From Anaerolineales bacterium (lineage in GTDB: Bacteria; Chloroflexota; Anaerolineae; Anaerolineales; UBA4823): a DNA stretch of 64,000 nt. Each line of letters begins with the position of its first letter. The stretch's first letter is position 1. The stretch is taken from the NCBI GenBank assembly GCA_046485135.1, contig JAWOHN010000044.1, positions 14,231-78,230 of the forward strand. The letters run 5' to 3'. The translations under genes and the position numbers were made by a program. Shown one piece after another: positions 1 through 11,025 of this stretch. The notes beneath the pieces were generated by a model, which saw only the letters and a program-made list of their open reading frames with translations, ran no database searches and was not told where the DNA came from.

Positions 1-1
1 T

Positions 2-1894
2 CACCACCCGAACCCACTTCTACCAGAGACGCGCTCCGAGCTTGGAATCCCGTTAAAGATCGGTCCGCGCGTCATCGGTGCTCTTAACGTTCAATCAAAC
101 AGACTTAACGGGTTCATGCCCGAAGACACCTCCGTGCTACAAACCCTGGCCGATCAAATTACAGTGGCAGTTGACAATGCTCGTTCTTATGAGATTGCCC
201 AACAGGCAATTGAGGAATCACGCCAGAGAGTACAGGAGCTGAGTGTCCTGTTCAATACCAGCCAGTCTCTTGCCAGCGCGACCATGGAGTCTCAAGAAAT
301 TGCCAATATTATCGCCCGCCGTTTCTTAGAAGTCTTCAAACTACCTAAATGCACCATTTCGATGATTGAGCCGGAAAACGGAGAGCTGTGGACCATTTTT
401 AGCCTGGCACGTGGGAAAAATGGCGCATACCAGGAAATGTACGCCACAGGAGAAGCAGGCAAGGTATCACCCTTGAATGGATATGCAGAGGTACAACAGG
501 TGATCGATGGGTTGACGCCATTGATTGTAAGGGTTGACGATACTGACACCAACCCTGCCACCCAGGCCTATATGCAGCAAATCAGCGCCAGTCTGCTCGT
601 GCTGCTACCTTTGGCTGTGAAAGGACAGGCCATTGGCACCATCACTTTGGAAGCCTGGGATGAGCAAGCCAGTTTCAACCTGACACAGACCACCCTGGCT
701 GTTACCCTGGCTAACGCAGCCGCGGCTGCGTTAGAAAACGCGCGCCTCTACGAAGTGCAGCTCAGCACGTCGGAAAAACTGCGCGAAGTTGATAAGCTAA
801 AATCGCAATTCCTGGCAAATATGTCCCATGAATTACGCACGCCGCTGAACTCGATCATCGGCTTCTCCAGGGTGATTCTAAAAGGTATCGACGGACCCAT
901 TAGTGAATTGCAACAGCAGGATTTGAATGCTATTTATTCTGCCGGACAACATTTACTCAACCTGATCAATGACATTCTGGATATTTCCAAGATCGAAGCC
1001 GGCAAAATGGAGTTGGCCTTTATTGATGATGTTAACCTGGCAGATTTGATCAACAGCGTTCTTTCGACCGCGGTGGGATTGGTCAAAGATAAACCCATTC
1101 GTCTGGAACAAATTATCCCACCTGATTTACCTAACGTGCGCGCTGATCCCACCCGCCTGCGCCAGGTTATCCTAAATCTGCTGTCAAACGCTGCCAAATT
1201 TACTGAACGGGGCAGCATCACCATTGAAACTGGCATCCAATCAGCGCAACCCGGGCAGAGCGAGATCATCATCAAGGTTACCGACACCGGCATTGGCATC
1301 TCGCTGGAACACCAGAGGAATCTATTCCAACCCTTCACTCAGGTGGACGGCTCTGCCACCCGAAAAACTGGCGGCAGCGGTTTGGGTTTATCGATCTCTC
1401 GCCTGTTGGTGGAAATCCACGGTGGGAAAATTGGTGTTGAGAGCACCGAAGGAAAAGGCAGCTGTTTTTACTTTACCCTGCCATTAGGGCCCCGGATGGA
1501 GGCCCCCCAATTGGATCCTGGCAGCCGGACGATCCTGGCAGTGGAGGGAGAATGGCAGGTACTGTACTTGTATGACCGCTATTTGAGCGAGCACGACTAC
1601 ACTATCGTGCCCGTCTCTGTGCCAGCAGAAGCTGTGCAGCGGGCCCGAGATGTACAGCCTCAAGCCATTTTGCTGGATGTCTTACTTCCAGGCGCCAGTG
1701 GTTGGAAAATTCTTGAAGATCTCAAGAATGACCCCAGCACTCGTCACATTCCCATCATTGTCTGTAGTTTACTCGACGAGCGAGAAAAGGCCTTAAGCCT
1801 AGGAGCCACCGATTATCTGCTCAAACCGATCCTGGAAGAAGATCTCATCAGTAGTTTGCAACGCCTGGAACGTAGTCCTGAACGGCAAGCATAG
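2..1894 (+). CDS. Hybrid sensor histidine kinase (GAF-GAF-HisKA-HATPase_c-REC), 5' end cut by the window edge
   Basis: The frame is open from nt 2 (HHPNPLLPETRSELGIPLKIGPRVIGALNVQSN reads as the end of a GAF domain), so Met116 in the ORF track is internal. H-box MSHELRTPLNSIIGF; G-boxes DTGIGI and GGSGLGLSI; C-terminal receiver (LLDVLLP...LLKP). Confidence 0.85.
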   Translation, partial: HHPNPLLPETRSELGIPLKIGPRVIGALNVQSNRLNGFMPEDTSVLQTLADQITVAVDNARSYEIAQQAIEESRQRVQELSVLFNTSQSLASATMESQEIANIIARRFLEVFKLPKCTISMIEPENGELWTIFSLARGKNGAYQEMYATGEAGKVSPLNGYAEVQQVIDGLTPLIVRVDDTDTNPATQAYMQQISASLLVLLPLAVKGQAIGTITLEAWDEQASFNLTQTTLAVTLANAAAAALENARLYEVQLSTSEKLREVDKLKSQFLANMSHELRTPLNSIIGFSRVILKGIDGPISELQQQDLNAIYSAGQHLLNLINDILDISKIEAGKMELAFIDDVNLADLINSVLSTAVGLVKDKPIRLEQIIPPDLPNVRADPTRLRQVILNLLSNAAKFTERGSITIETGIQSAQPGQSEIIIKVTDTGIGISLEHQRNLFQPFTQVDGSATRKTGGSGLGLSISRLLVEIHGGKIGVESTEGKGSCFYFTLPLGPRMEAPQLDPGSRTILAVEGEWQVLYLYDRYLSEHDYTIVPVSVPAEAVQRARDVQPQAILLDVLLPGASGWKILEDLKNDPSTRHIPIIVCSLLDEREKALSLGATDYLLKPILEEDLISSLQRLERSPERQA

Positions 1895-1967
1895 ACTGCC
1901 AGAATACCAGAATAACGAATAGCCGGATTCAGGCAATTCCGGGATGAATCCAATTTATTAGGTACCT

Positions 1968-3671
1968 GTGGAGGTTGCATTGTCTCATCAAAGCATGGTT
2001 GAATGTCTAGATTGCGGTCATCAGACCTCATATGCCCCGACATCTTACAGCTGCCCGCGCTGCGAAAGCCAATGGCAAGAGGCTCGTTATGATTATGAAT
2101 CCATCGCCCAACGCCTGCCTGATTTATTGGCTAGCAGACCATTCAATCTGTGGCGATACCGAGAGTTGCTGCCTGTGCGGGAGCCAAACCCAATCGTCAG
2201 CTTGGGAGAGGGGGGCACTGCTCTGATCCATGCATTAAACCTGGGCATGATGTTAGGCTGCCCGCATATCTACATCAAAGATGAGAGACAAGGTCCAACG
2301 GCGTCATTTAAAGACCGCCAGGCTGCAGTGAGTATCAGCGCATTGAAGGAAGCGGGTATAACCGAGGCGGTGCTGGCATCAACGGGAAATGTGGCAATAT
2401 CCTATTCTGCGTACGCTGCGCGAGCCGGCATCAAGCTGTGGGCATTTCTGACCAGCCTGGTGCCTCCGGAAAAAATGCGTGAAGTGGCAATTTACGGAAC
2501 GCAGGTGGTTAAGGTAACTGGAACATATGACCAGGCCAAACAAATTGCAGCCGAGTTTGCCCGGCAACGCAACCTGTACCTGGAACGAGGTCCGCGTTCC
2601 ATCCCTTCTGTAGAAGCGATGAAGACGATTTCTTATGAGGTCTCTGAACAACTATCCTGGATACTGGAACCCCCTCCGCCATCAAATGGCGCAATGCAAA
2701 GGAATCCCCTACGCTGGCGAGCGCCAGATTGGTATTTTCAATCTGTCAGCGGCGGAATTGGTCCCTTGGGTGTGCAAAAAGGCTTTCATGAGCTCTACCA
2801 GATGGGTATTTGCGACCGGATCCCTGCCATGGCGAATATTCAGGTTGAGGGTTGTTCACCGATGGTCCATGCCTGGCGGCAGGGTCTGACAACTGCGGAA
2901 CCGGTCCGTTCTCCGCGAACGCATATTGCCACCCTGGCTACCGGCGATCCAGGACGAGCTTACACACTATTGAACCTGCGTATGCAGGAAATGGGTGGCG
3001 GCTGTTTCGAGTCTGTCAATGATGAAGAAGCGTACCGGGCCATGCATATATTAGGTAAGATGGAGGGAATATCGGCGGAACCGGCTGCAACGGTTGCTTT
3101 TGCCGGGTTGATCAAACTGGTCCGCTTGGGTGTGATCCGACCTGATGAGGTGGTGGTGATCAATTGTACCGGACATACCATGCCAGTTGAAAAGAGCGCT
3201 TTGGCCGGTCTGACCCGCAGCATGGAACTAACGCCTCAAGCTGTGCTGGACACCCCTGAAGAAGGTTTGTTGGCTGCTCTGACCCGGATGACTTCTGACC
3301 GCTTCCCCCGTATTGAGATCGTAGACGACCACCCAGACGCCCGCCGCTTGATCCGCAGAATATTAAACTCTCAGGGAAACTATACCTTATTCGAAGCAGA
3401 TGACGGGCAAAAGGCCATTCAGATAGCCCAGCAAGAGCTACCCGATCTAATCATCCTTGATCTGATGATGCCTGAATACGATGGTTTTTCTGTGCTTGAC
3501 GCACTAAAAGAAAACCCAGAAACAGCTCCGATCCCGGTGATTGTGGTTACTGCCAAAGATCTGACTTCACAAGAAAAAAAGCGCCTGGAAGGACGTATTT
3601 ACTCCTTAAAGCAGAAAGGCGAATTCATGAACGACGAGCTGTTTGACGAAATACGGATCTTGTTATCCTAA
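1968..3671 (+). CDS. Threonine synthase-like PLP enzyme with N-terminal Zn-ribbon, fused to a C-terminal response-regulator receiver (REC) domain
   Basis: CLDCGH...CPRC ribbon; PLP-lysine motif TASFKDRQA; STGNVAISYSAYAA. The last ~120 aa (RIEIVDDHPDARRL...LIILDLMMPEYDG...VIVVTAKD...LKQKG) carry the canonical REC residues DD/D/T/K. GTG start at 1968; ATG alternative at 1995. Confidence 0.8.
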   Translation: MEVALSHQSMVECLDCGHQTSYAPTSYSCPRCESQWQEARYDYESIAQRLPDLLASRPFNLWRYRELLPVREPNPIVSLGEGGTALIHALNLGMMLGCPHIYIKDERQGPTASFKDRQAAVSISALKEAGITEAVLASTGNVAISYSAYAARAGIKLWAFLTSLVPPEKMREVAIYGTQVVKVTGTYDQAKQIAAEFARQRNLYLERGPRSIPSVEAMKTISYEVSEQLSWILEPPPPSNGAMQRNPLRWRAPDWYFQSVSGGIGPLGVQKGFHELYQMGICDRIPAMANIQVEGCSPMVHAWRQGLTTAEPVRSPRTHIATLATGDPGRAYTLLNLRMQEMGGGCFESVNDEEAYRAMHILGKMEGISAEPAATVAFAGLIKLVRLGVIRPDEVVVINCTGHTMPVEKSALAGLTRSMELTPQAVLDTPEEGLLAALTRMTSDRFPRIEIVDDHPDARRLIRRILNSQGNYTLFEADDGQKAIQIAQQELPDLIILDLMMPEYDGFSVLDALKENPETAPIPVIVVTAKDLTSQEKKRLEGRIYSLKQKGEFMNDELFDEIRILLS

Positions 3672-3672
3672 T

Positions 3673-4665
3673 ATGGAAGAAATCTCAGAGCGGTTATCAG
3701 AGCGCAACATAGAAACAAGCCAGAGAACGCAGACAAAAGGTATCCACGCTGCGCTTGCATCTGCGCTTTTCTTGGGCTTCACCCCGGTTTTTGGGAAGCT
3801 GGCTATTCAGTATGGCTTGCCCCCCCTGACGGTAGTCGCTCTGCGGACCTTATTTGCTGCCAGTTTACTATTCATCCTGGTACTGGTTCTGAATCGCTCA
3901 TATCTATATATCTATCCAGCGGGATTGATTGGTTGTCTGTTAGCAGGGGGAATCAACGGCATTGGATCGATCTTCTTTTACGTTTCGTTAGGCAGGATCG
4001 ACGCAAGTCTGGGCCAAATCATCTTTTCACTTTACCCGCTCTTTGTGGCGGTGTGGTTGTGGTTAGACCGGCAGCCGCCCAGCCGGTTGACGATCATCCG
4101 CCTGCTGCTGGTAATCCCTGCTCTGCTTTTATTAACACACACCAGCCAGGCCAAGATCGATTTGCTAGGGGTCGTATTTATGCTGGTAGCCGGGGCAATG
4201 TACGCGCTGCACCTGCCAATCAACCAGCGGGTGCTCTACGAAATGCCAGCCCCCACCGTAACTTTTTATACCTTACTGGCAATGAGCCTGGTGGTTGTTC
4301 CAACCCTGTTTTTCAGTGGACTGTCAACCCCCGTCGCCAATCAGGCCTGGTGGGCGCTGGGCGGGCTGACATTGGTAACTTTCATCTCCCGGCTGACCTT
4401 GTTTTTAGGGGTTAAGCACTTGGGTGGAATGCAAACAGCTATGTTGGGATTGACTGAATTGTTGATCACTATCTCGTTTTCTCATATATTGCTTCATGAG
4501 CGACTCAACCTGTACCAATGGATGGGTCTGGGACTGTTGGCTTTCATTCTATTTCTGGTGCGATATGAAAAACCAGCGCCCACTCGTACAGGAGCTGGTG
4601 GATGGTTAAGTTGGTTGGTTCCACCGCAAATACCATCAAAATTTCCCTGGCAACCACATGACTAA
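3673..4665 (+). CDS. EamA/DMT-family (drug/metabolite exporter) membrane protein
   Basis: About 10 hydrophobic helices arranged as two EamA-like halves. ATG 3673 lies 1 nt after the upstream stop; the track start 3643 is a TTG that overlaps the previous gene. Confidence 0.7.
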   Translation: MEEISERLSERNIETSQRTQTKGIHAALASALFLGFTPVFGKLAIQYGLPPLTVVALRTLFAASLLFILVLVLNRSYLYIYPAGLIGCLLAGGINGIGSIFFYVSLGRIDASLGQIIFSLYPLFVAVWLWLDRQPPSRLTIIRLLLVIPALLLLTHTSQAKIDLLGVVFMLVAGAMYALHLPINQRVLYEMPAPTVTFYTLLAMSLVVVPTLFFSGLSTPVANQAWWALGGLTLVTFISRLTLFLGVKHLGGMQTAMLGLTELLITISFSHILLHERLNLYQWMGLGLLAFILFLVRYEKPAPTRTGAGGWLSWLVPPQIPSKFPWQPHD

Positions 4666-4772
4666 CAGAATTGACTGGCAACCATAATTATAGGAGTAGA
4701 TACAAGAATGGGGGTGTTGGATGGGCACAAACTCGCCCAACACATCAATTCCCAAACCTTTCTAATAGGTGC

Positions 4773-7490
4773 TTATTCCTGAGCTGTACAAGGGACTAGA
4801 GGCAGAAAGATGGTAAAACAACTGCCATTACCCATTTGACTTTCCACTTCAAGCATGCCCCCATGATCATGGACAATTGCATAACTGACGGAAAGGCCCA
4901 AACCTGTCCCCGTTCCTGGTGGGCGAGTGGTGAAAAATGGCTCAAAAATCCGGTCTATATTTTCAGATGGGATCCCCTCCCCGGTATCTGCAACGGAAAT
5001 TCTTACCCCATCCGGCAAATCTGGATGATCGCTCTTCAACTGGTGAGCAGTCTTTAAGGTCAATCGTCCACCGAAAGGCATCGCTTGAATGGCATTGTGG
5101 AGCAGGTTGAGCAAGACCTGTTTGATCTGATTGGCATCCGTAGAAACCAGGGGAAGGTCCTGCCCATATTCACAAACCACTTCCACCTGGTTCATCTGGG
5201 CCAGGTGAGTAACTAAAGCAAGCACCTCACTACATAATTTGTTGGCGTCGGTGTTTGTACGGCGGTTATCTGACTGTCGAGAAAAATCGAGCAAGCGGCG
5301 AACAACCCCACTGGCTCGTTGAGCTTCCTGAAGAACAAGTTCTAACTTGGGTCGATGGGGTGAGTCTATCGACATTTCTTTTAGTAACAGTTCAGCGAAT
5401 CCACTCACTGAGGTCAGTGGGCTGTTTAGTTCATGCGCAACACCTGCTGCCATCTCACCGACTGCTGCCAACTTGGCGGACCGGACCAAATGACCCTCAG
5501 TCCGGCGTTGGGCTTCGATTCGCTCTTGTAATTCTTGGTATCGCAGCGCGCTTAACACTACGCTGGATAAAACCCCGGCCAACGCTTCCAGGGCTAGCAG
5601 ATCATTTTCTGAGAAAGCAGCCTGGCGACGTCGCTCTACCTCGATGACCCCCAAAATATGATCGCCTTCCTTCAATGGCACACAGATGCTAGAAGCTGCC
5701 TGGATTTCAAATATCTGCTCCTCCGTACTGCCAGATACCTGCCTCAATTGATCCATTGATACCCTTGCGTTTGATGAAGCGGCCTCTTTGTTGCGCTTAG
5801 AGCGCTTCTGTTTAGCTGGCTGAGGAGCTTTTGTTTCTCGAATGGCCCGTCTACGTTCCCCCTTTTCATCCATCAGGATCACCGAAGCAGAGGCATAGGC
5901 GAATCGTTTCACCATAAGATCAGCAACAACGTGAGCGATCTCTTCAATGTCTGTTAGGCCAAGCACATTTTCTACCACCTGGTGGATCAGCGTCAAATTA
6001 CGGACCCGTTCGCGTGTCTCCTGGTTCAAGCGAACATTTTCAAACAGGCCTGCCAGTTGGCTGGCAATCACTACCAGCAATTGTTCATCCTCCAGGTTGA
6101 AAGAATTGCTCTCAGTGTTGGCCATAACCAAAACACCCAGCACAGCGCCTCGATATTTCAGAGGCACTGCTAAAATCGAGCGAATATCGGTGGTCTCCTG
6201 CGCTTGTTGGCCAAAATCTCGTTCTTCTTGAATTTCCCCTACTCGTATAGGTCGACCAGTCTTGATCACGCCCCGCACCAGTTTGGTTTTTGCCAGGGAA
6301 AATATTATGCCATGGTCTGCATCTGCTCCATACTCGCGCAGGCTCGTGTCTCCATCCAGCATGAGGACACCAGCAATCTCGGTCCGGAAGGTTTTCCGCA
6401 GCCTGCCCATGATGCGGCGGGCAACATCGTTGATATCCCCACCAACAGATGCAGTCGAAGCCAATTCATTCAATAACGCGAATTGTTGCAAGTAGCGGGC
6501 TGCTTCTGAAAATACAATGGCGTTTTCAAGGGCATACGCCAGGCGAGTCATTTCCTTGGAGACAAGTTTTAGATCATTGGTAGAAAAGAATCCCAACTTT
6601 GATGACACAAATGCCAAATGCCCGATCACCCGTTGTCCGATGACAATCGGTATTCCCATCCAGGAGTTGATTTTCTTATCGAAATTAGGGTATAGATGGG
6701 ATAAGGTTTTATCATTTGAGTTTGTTGTGACCGCGTCCAGGATAATCCCCTGGCGGCTATTTGCCATTTCGGCCAGGATTTCATTATCCCCTATTTGAAG
6801 ACCAATGCCTAATGATGATGAGGGAGCGTTCCAAACTGCCTCTACCCGAAAAATATCTCCAGAACGGAGAGACATAATGGCTGAGTCACAACGGACAGAT
6901 TGGGCCAGAAAATCCAAAACCATACGAGGGACATCTTCAGGAGTGGATGTGGCATAAAAAAGCGCCTCGCCACTGGCCAATTTTAGAGCCTCTTCACGCG
7001 CGAGCCGCGCTTTAGCTGTCTCTTTAGAGCGCCGCGCACGCCTAGGCGGAGGGCTCTCTACCGAGGAAGCAGGTGAGGAGGGAATTGGCTCAACAATCGG
7101 CGGGTATGCAGAAAGCACCTTGAAGAAACTTTCGGCAAATTTCTCCAACCGGTCAGCCCCTACTACCAACACATAGTGCCGGGATAGCTCGGGGAAGACG
7201 AATACCCGGGCACAATTCAGACCAGCGGAAAAGGCGCCAGTCTGGCGGAAACGAGTGCGCCCACTGCTAAAAGTCCCGGCCAGCCAGGTTGCAGTAGCTG
7301 GCTCGGTAAGGAAATCAACCAGCACAGCTTGCCTGGCTTTGCTTAAGCCATGGCGGCTGCTAAACTCCCAGTTGCCGTTATTGTGGACCAACCAGGTAGC
7401 CCACCGCGCACCGGTAGCCTTGCAGGTTTCCTTGAGCTGTGCAGTCGAAAGGCTAATTCTATCTGTCATTGGGATCCCGCTTGACGGCAT
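4773..7490 (-). CDS. Multi-GAF sensor histidine kinase
   Basis: 905 aa. Several GAF-like blocks; H-box [15 protein letters not shown]; HATPase motifs DTGEGI and GTGLGLSVS. Confidence 0.85.
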   Translation of the reverse strand: MPSSGIPMTDRISLSTAQLKETCKATGARWATWLVHNNGNWEFSSRHGLSKARQAVLVDFLTEPATATWLAGTFSSGRTRFRQTGAFSAGLNCARVFVFPELSRHYVLVVGADRLEKFAESFFKVLSAYPPIVEPIPSSPASSVESPPPRRARRSKETAKARLAREEALKLASGEALFYATSTPEDVPRMVLDFLAQSVRCDSAIMSLRSGDIFRVEAVWNAPSSSLGIGLQIGDNEILAEMANSRQGIILDAVTTNSNDKTLSHLYPNFDKKINSWMGIPIVIGQRVIGHLAFVSSKLGFFSTNDLKLVSKEMTRLAYALENAIVFSEAARYLQQFALLNELASTASVGGDINDVARRIMGRLRKTFRTEIAGVLMLDGDTSLREYGADADHGIIFSLAKTKLVRGVIKTGRPIRVGEIQEERDFGQQAQETTDIRSILAVPLKYRGAVLGVLVMANTESNSFNLEDEQLLVVIASQLAGLFENVRLNQETRERVRNLTLIHQVVENVLGLTDIEEIAHVVADLMVKRFAYASASVILMDEKGERRRAIRETKAPQPAKQKRSKRNKEAASSNARVSMDQLRQVSGSTEEQIFEIQAASSICVPLKEGDHILGVIEVERRRQAAFSENDLLALEALAGVLSSVVLSALRYQELQERIEAQRRTEGHLVRSAKLAAVGEMAAGVAHELNSPLTSVSGFAELLLKEMSIDSPHRPKLELVLQEAQRASGVVRRLLDFSRQSDNRRTNTDANKLCSEVLALVTHLAQMNQVEVVCEYGQDLPLVSTDANQIKQVLLNLLHNAIQAMPFGGRLTLKTAHQLKSDHPDLPDGVRISVADTGEGIPSENIDRIFEPFFTTRPPGTGTGLGLSVSYAIVHDHGGMLEVESQMGNGSCFTIFLPLVPCTAQE

Positions 7491-7714
7491 TTTTCGGGGC
7501 TAACATTATATCATCCCTCTTAGAGAATGACTCATGACATTAATCAAGATAAAGCCTGCCCAATAGCCATTATCTACCCCAATATACCTATGATATACTC
7601 GAGTTGAAAATCTGAGAAATTCAGCACAAATTTTATCAGGGCGTATCTGGTCGTATAACTACCACATTCCCCAATTCATCAGAAACATGCCCACCCAAGA
7701 CAGAGAGGTAACAA

Positions 7715-8638
7715 ATGAAAGATTTTATTGCCATCGCTGATTGCTCTCCTGTAGAACTACAGGAGATGCTTGATTTGGCTATCCGCTTGAAACAGGAATG
7801 GAAAACATCCGGAAATACCCCTCTTCTGAAGGGGAAAGTGCTCGCCATGGTCTTTCAAAAGCCCAGCCTAAGAACTCGCGTTTCGTTCGACATGGCAATG
7901 AGGCACCTGGGTGGGGATGCTCTTTATCTCTCTCCCAACGAGATTGGTTTGGGAAAACGAGAGTCGATCGCCGATGTTGCCCGTGTTCTGGCAGGTTATG
8001 TAGAGGGAATTATGGCTCGCGTGTTTGACCACCAACATGTAGTTGAGCTGGCGCGCTGGTCAGAGGTTCCGGTAATTAACGGCTTGAGTGATTACAACCA
8101 TCCCTGTCAGGCAATGGCCGACGCGCTTACTATCCAAGAGCATTTCGGAAACCTGAAAGATCTGCGGGTGGCATTTGTGGGCGATGGAAATAATGTGGCA
8201 GTCTCGTTAATGCATATCTCTGCCAAGCTTGGCGCCCACTTTGCAATAGCCAGCCCAGAGGGATACGAGCTGGGCTCTGCTCCAGTTGATCTGGCCAGAC
8301 AGATTGCATCAGAGACAGGCTCTACCATCGAGCTCCTACGTGACCCGGTTGAGGCAGTTACCGGCGCCGACGTAATCTATACCGACACCTGGACTAGCAT
8401 GGGGCAAGAGGAAGAAAGTAAACATCGCGAAAAGGTCTTCCCACCCTATCAAGTCAATGCAGCCCTGGTTGCTAAGGCAAATCCAAAGGCAATTGTGCTG
8501 CACTGCTTGCCTGCTCACCGTGGTCAGGAGATTACCGATGAAGTGGCTGATGGGCCACATTCAGCCCTTTTCCAACAGGCCCATAACCGTTTACATGCCC
8601 AAAAGGCAATTCTGGTTCAGCTTTTGAAAGCAAATTAA
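7715..8638 (+). CDS. argF: Ornithine carbamoyltransferase
   Basis: Carbamoyl-phosphate motif SLRTRVSF; HPCQ and [10 protein letters not shown] motifs; 307 aa; SD AGAGAGG upstream. Confidence 0.92.
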   Translation: MKDFIAIADCSPVELQEMLDLAIRLKQEWKTSGNTPLLKGKVLAMVFQKPSLRTRVSFDMAMRHLGGDALYLSPNEIGLGKRESIADVARVLAGYVEGIMARVFDHQHVVELARWSEVPVINGLSDYNHPCQAMADALTIQEHFGNLKDLRVAFVGDGNNVAVSLMHISAKLGAHFAIASPEGYELGSAPVDLARQIASETGSTIELLRDPVEAVTGADVIYTDTWTSMGQEEESKHREKVFPPYQVNAALVAKANPKAIVLHCLPAHRGQEITDEVADGPHSALFQQAHNRLHAQKAILVQLLKAN

Positions 8639-8660
8639 CTGAGGAGGAAATAATCTGAAT

Positions 8661-9866
8661 ATGATGAATTCCGCTGAATATATTGATCTCGAAGAACGTT
8701 ATGGAGCCAACAATTACCATCCATTGGATGTGGTCATTTCTCGCGGCGAGGGAGTGTATCTATATGATGTCGAAGGAAAGCGCTACCTGGATTGTCTGAG
8801 CGCATATTCTGCCATCAACCAGGGACATGCTCACCCGCGCATCTTGAAAGCAATGGTTGAGCAAGCCTCGAAGGTAACCCTGGTGTCGCGAGCCTTCCGG
8901 AACGACCAGCTGCCCCAATTTTATAAAGAACTGTCTGAGCTAACCAGCTATGAGATGTCGCTGCCAATGAACAGTGGAGCAGAAGCGGTAGAAACTGCGG
9001 TTAAACTAGCCCGGAAATGGGCTTACCAGGTCAAAGGGGTGCCTCGCCATAAAGCAGAGATCATCACACTCTCGGGTAATTTTCATGGTCGCACGGTGGC
9101 GGTGATTTCATTCTCCACCGAACCCCTTTACCGGGATGATTTTGGCCCATTTGCCCCTGGCTTTGTCAGCGTTCCTTATGGCGATGCTCAAGCAGTTGAA
9201 GCAGCCATTACCCCCCATACCGCAGCAATCCTTTTCGAGCCCATTCAAGGCGAAGCGGGTGTAGTCCTCCCACCAACCGGGTATATCGGCTGCCTGGCTG
9301 AGATTTGCCGGCAAAACAATGTATTGCTAGTTGCAGACGAAATCCAGACGGGTCTTGGGCGTACGGGGAGCTTATTCGCCTGCGATCATGAGCAGGTGCG
9401 ACCTGATGTCATGGTGATTGGAAAGGCCCTTTCTGGTGGTTTCTACCCGGTTTCGGCGGTACTGGCAGACCGGCCGATCATGGGATTGTTCCAACCCGGT
9501 GAACACGGCTCAACCTTTGGGGGCAACCCGCTTGGCGCTGCAGTGGCACGGACTGCGCTGAAAGTCCTGGTTGAAGAGAAGCTGATCGAAAATGCGGCTA
9601 AAATGGGCGAGTATTTTCTGGAACAGTTAAGTGAAATCAACAGCCCGTATATCAAAGAAGTGCGCGGTAAAGGTCTCCTAATTGGCGTCGAGTTACATCC
9701 AGAAGCGGGGGGAGCCCGGCGGTTTTGTGTTGCGCTGAAAGAGCAAGGCATTCTAGCAAAAGAAACGCACGAGCATGTGATCCGCTTCGCGCCTCCCTTG
9801 ATCATCGACCGGTCGACCTTAGATTGGGCCATCCCCCGGATTCGCGAGGTCTTAGCCACCAACTAA
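8661..9866 (+). CDS. rocD: Ornithine--oxo-acid aminotransferase
   Basis: [23 protein letters not shown] and [11 protein letters not shown] motifs and the PLP-lysine context GKALSGG. Collinear along the full length with Bacillus RocD as I recall it. Confidence 0.9.
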   Translation: MMNSAEYIDLEERYGANNYHPLDVVISRGEGVYLYDVEGKRYLDCLSAYSAINQGHAHPRILKAMVEQASKVTLVSRAFRNDQLPQFYKELSELTSYEMSLPMNSGAEAVETAVKLARKWAYQVKGVPRHKAEIITLSGNFHGRTVAVISFSTEPLYRDDFGPFAPGFVSVPYGDAQAVEAAITPHTAAILFEPIQGEAGVVLPPTGYIGCLAEICRQNNVLLVADEIQTGLGRTGSLFACDHEQVRPDVMVIGKALSGGFYPVSAVLADRPIMGLFQPGEHGSTFGGNPLGAAVARTALKVLVEEKLIENAAKMGEYFLEQLSEINSPYIKEVRGKGLLIGVELHPEAGGARRFCVALKEQGILAKETHEHVIRFAPPLIIDRSTLDWAIPRIREVLATN

Positions 9867-9931
9867 CCCTGCTGGGCTAAACCATTCCAGCGATATTTGG
9901 AAAATAAGCTATCCCTTGAGGTGAAAAATCC

Positions 9932-11014
9932 ATGAACATAGGCATACCAAAAGAAAGGCGTCCCTTTGAATTTCGAGTTGGAATGACGCCAATAGGCGTA
10001 CAAATGCTGGCAAAAGAGGGCCATACTTGCTATATCGAGCATGAGGCCGGCTTGGGCGCCGGCTTTAGTGACCTGGATTATGAACAAGCTGGCGGCAGGA
10101 TTGTGTATTCTGCACACGAAGTCTTCGGCAGAGCAGACTTGCTCATGAAAGTTGCCCGTCCAACCTATGAAGAAATCGAATGGCTACGACCTGAAACCAG
10201 CATTGCCGGTTTATTGCATCTGAACTCATCCAGGAAAGACAAAATTGACCTGTTACAAGAAAAAGAAATTACCGCTATTGCATATGAGCAGATCCAATTG
10301 CCAGATGGCTCTTTCCCTATTCGCCACCCGCTCAGCCAAATTGGTGGACGTTTGGCAGCCCAAATCGGCGCGACCCTGTTGCAAAATGATCGCGGTGGAA
10401 AAGGAATCATGTTGGGGGGTATCGCCAGCGTTCCCCCGGCAGAAGTCGTGATTATCGGAGCGGGAGTAGTAGGAACCTGTGCACTGACCGCCTTCTTGGG
10501 CATGGGTGCTCATATCACCGTTCTGGACAAAGACTTGAACGCGCTTCAGAGAGTATATGACACCTATCCCGGCATTGTCACAATGATGTCTTACCCCAAT
10601 TATGTTGCTAGAGTCTGTAAATACGCCGACATTGTGGTAGGCTCTATTCTGGTAGCCGGAGGGACTGCGCCTGTGGTGGTGACAAAAGAAATGGTACGGT
10701 CCATGAAACCACGTTCCGTGGTCATGGACATCAGCATCGATGAGGGAGGCTGCGTTGAAACCTCTCGCCCAACAAACCATGAGCATCCTACTTTTATTGA
10801 AGAAGGCGTGATCCACTACTGCGTACCGAATATCCCCAGTGTGGTTGCTCGCACATCCACATACGCTTACCTTAATGCCGCCTTCCCATATATTTGGGAA
10901 ATGGCAAACAAAGGTGTAGAGAATGCCATTGATGAAAACCCGGCGATTGAGGTCGGAACACCAATATTTAGGGGAGAACTCCGCCATATCACTCGCATTG
11001 ATAGCGTGAGTTGA
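9932..11014 (+). CDS. Alanine dehydrogenase/PNT-family NAD(P)-dependent dehydrogenase; substrate unknown
   Basis: N-terminus MNIGIPKERRPFEFRVGMTP is AlaDH-like; Rossmann motif VVIIGAGVVG; 360 aa. Confidence 0.7.
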   Translation: MNIGIPKERRPFEFRVGMTPIGVQMLAKEGHTCYIEHEAGLGAGFSDLDYEQAGGRIVYSAHEVFGRADLLMKVARPTYEEIEWLRPETSIAGLLHLNSSRKDKIDLLQEKEITAIAYEQIQLPDGSFPIRHPLSQIGGRLAAQIGATLLQNDRGGKGIMLGGIASVPPAEVVIIGAGVVGTCALTAFLGMGAHITVLDKDLNALQRVYDTYPGIVTMMSYPNYVARVCKYADIVVGSILVAGGTAPVVVTKEMVRSMKPRSVVMDISIDEGGCVETSRPTNHEHPTFIEEGVIHYCVPNIPSVVARTSTYAYLNAAFPYIWEMANKGVENAIDENPAIEVGTPIFRGELRHITRIDSVS

Positions 11015-11025
11015 GGGATTTATCC

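Noticed and set aside
3643-3672. ORF-track start (TTG 3643) for the EamA transporter, and similar upstream starts at 11011, 15312, 26549, 30688, 38374, 40609, 49769, 51654 and 58541
   Set aside because: These are non-ATG or overlapping starts with no SD. Downstream ATGs with SD motifs, or family-typical N-termini, fit better. The true starts remain unverified.
10253-10987. 244-aa minus-strand ORF inside the AlaDH-like gene
   Set aside because: It is an antisense shadow ORF. The plus-strand product has a Rossmann motif and an AlaDH-type N-terminus, while the antisense product is His/Cys-rich nonsense.
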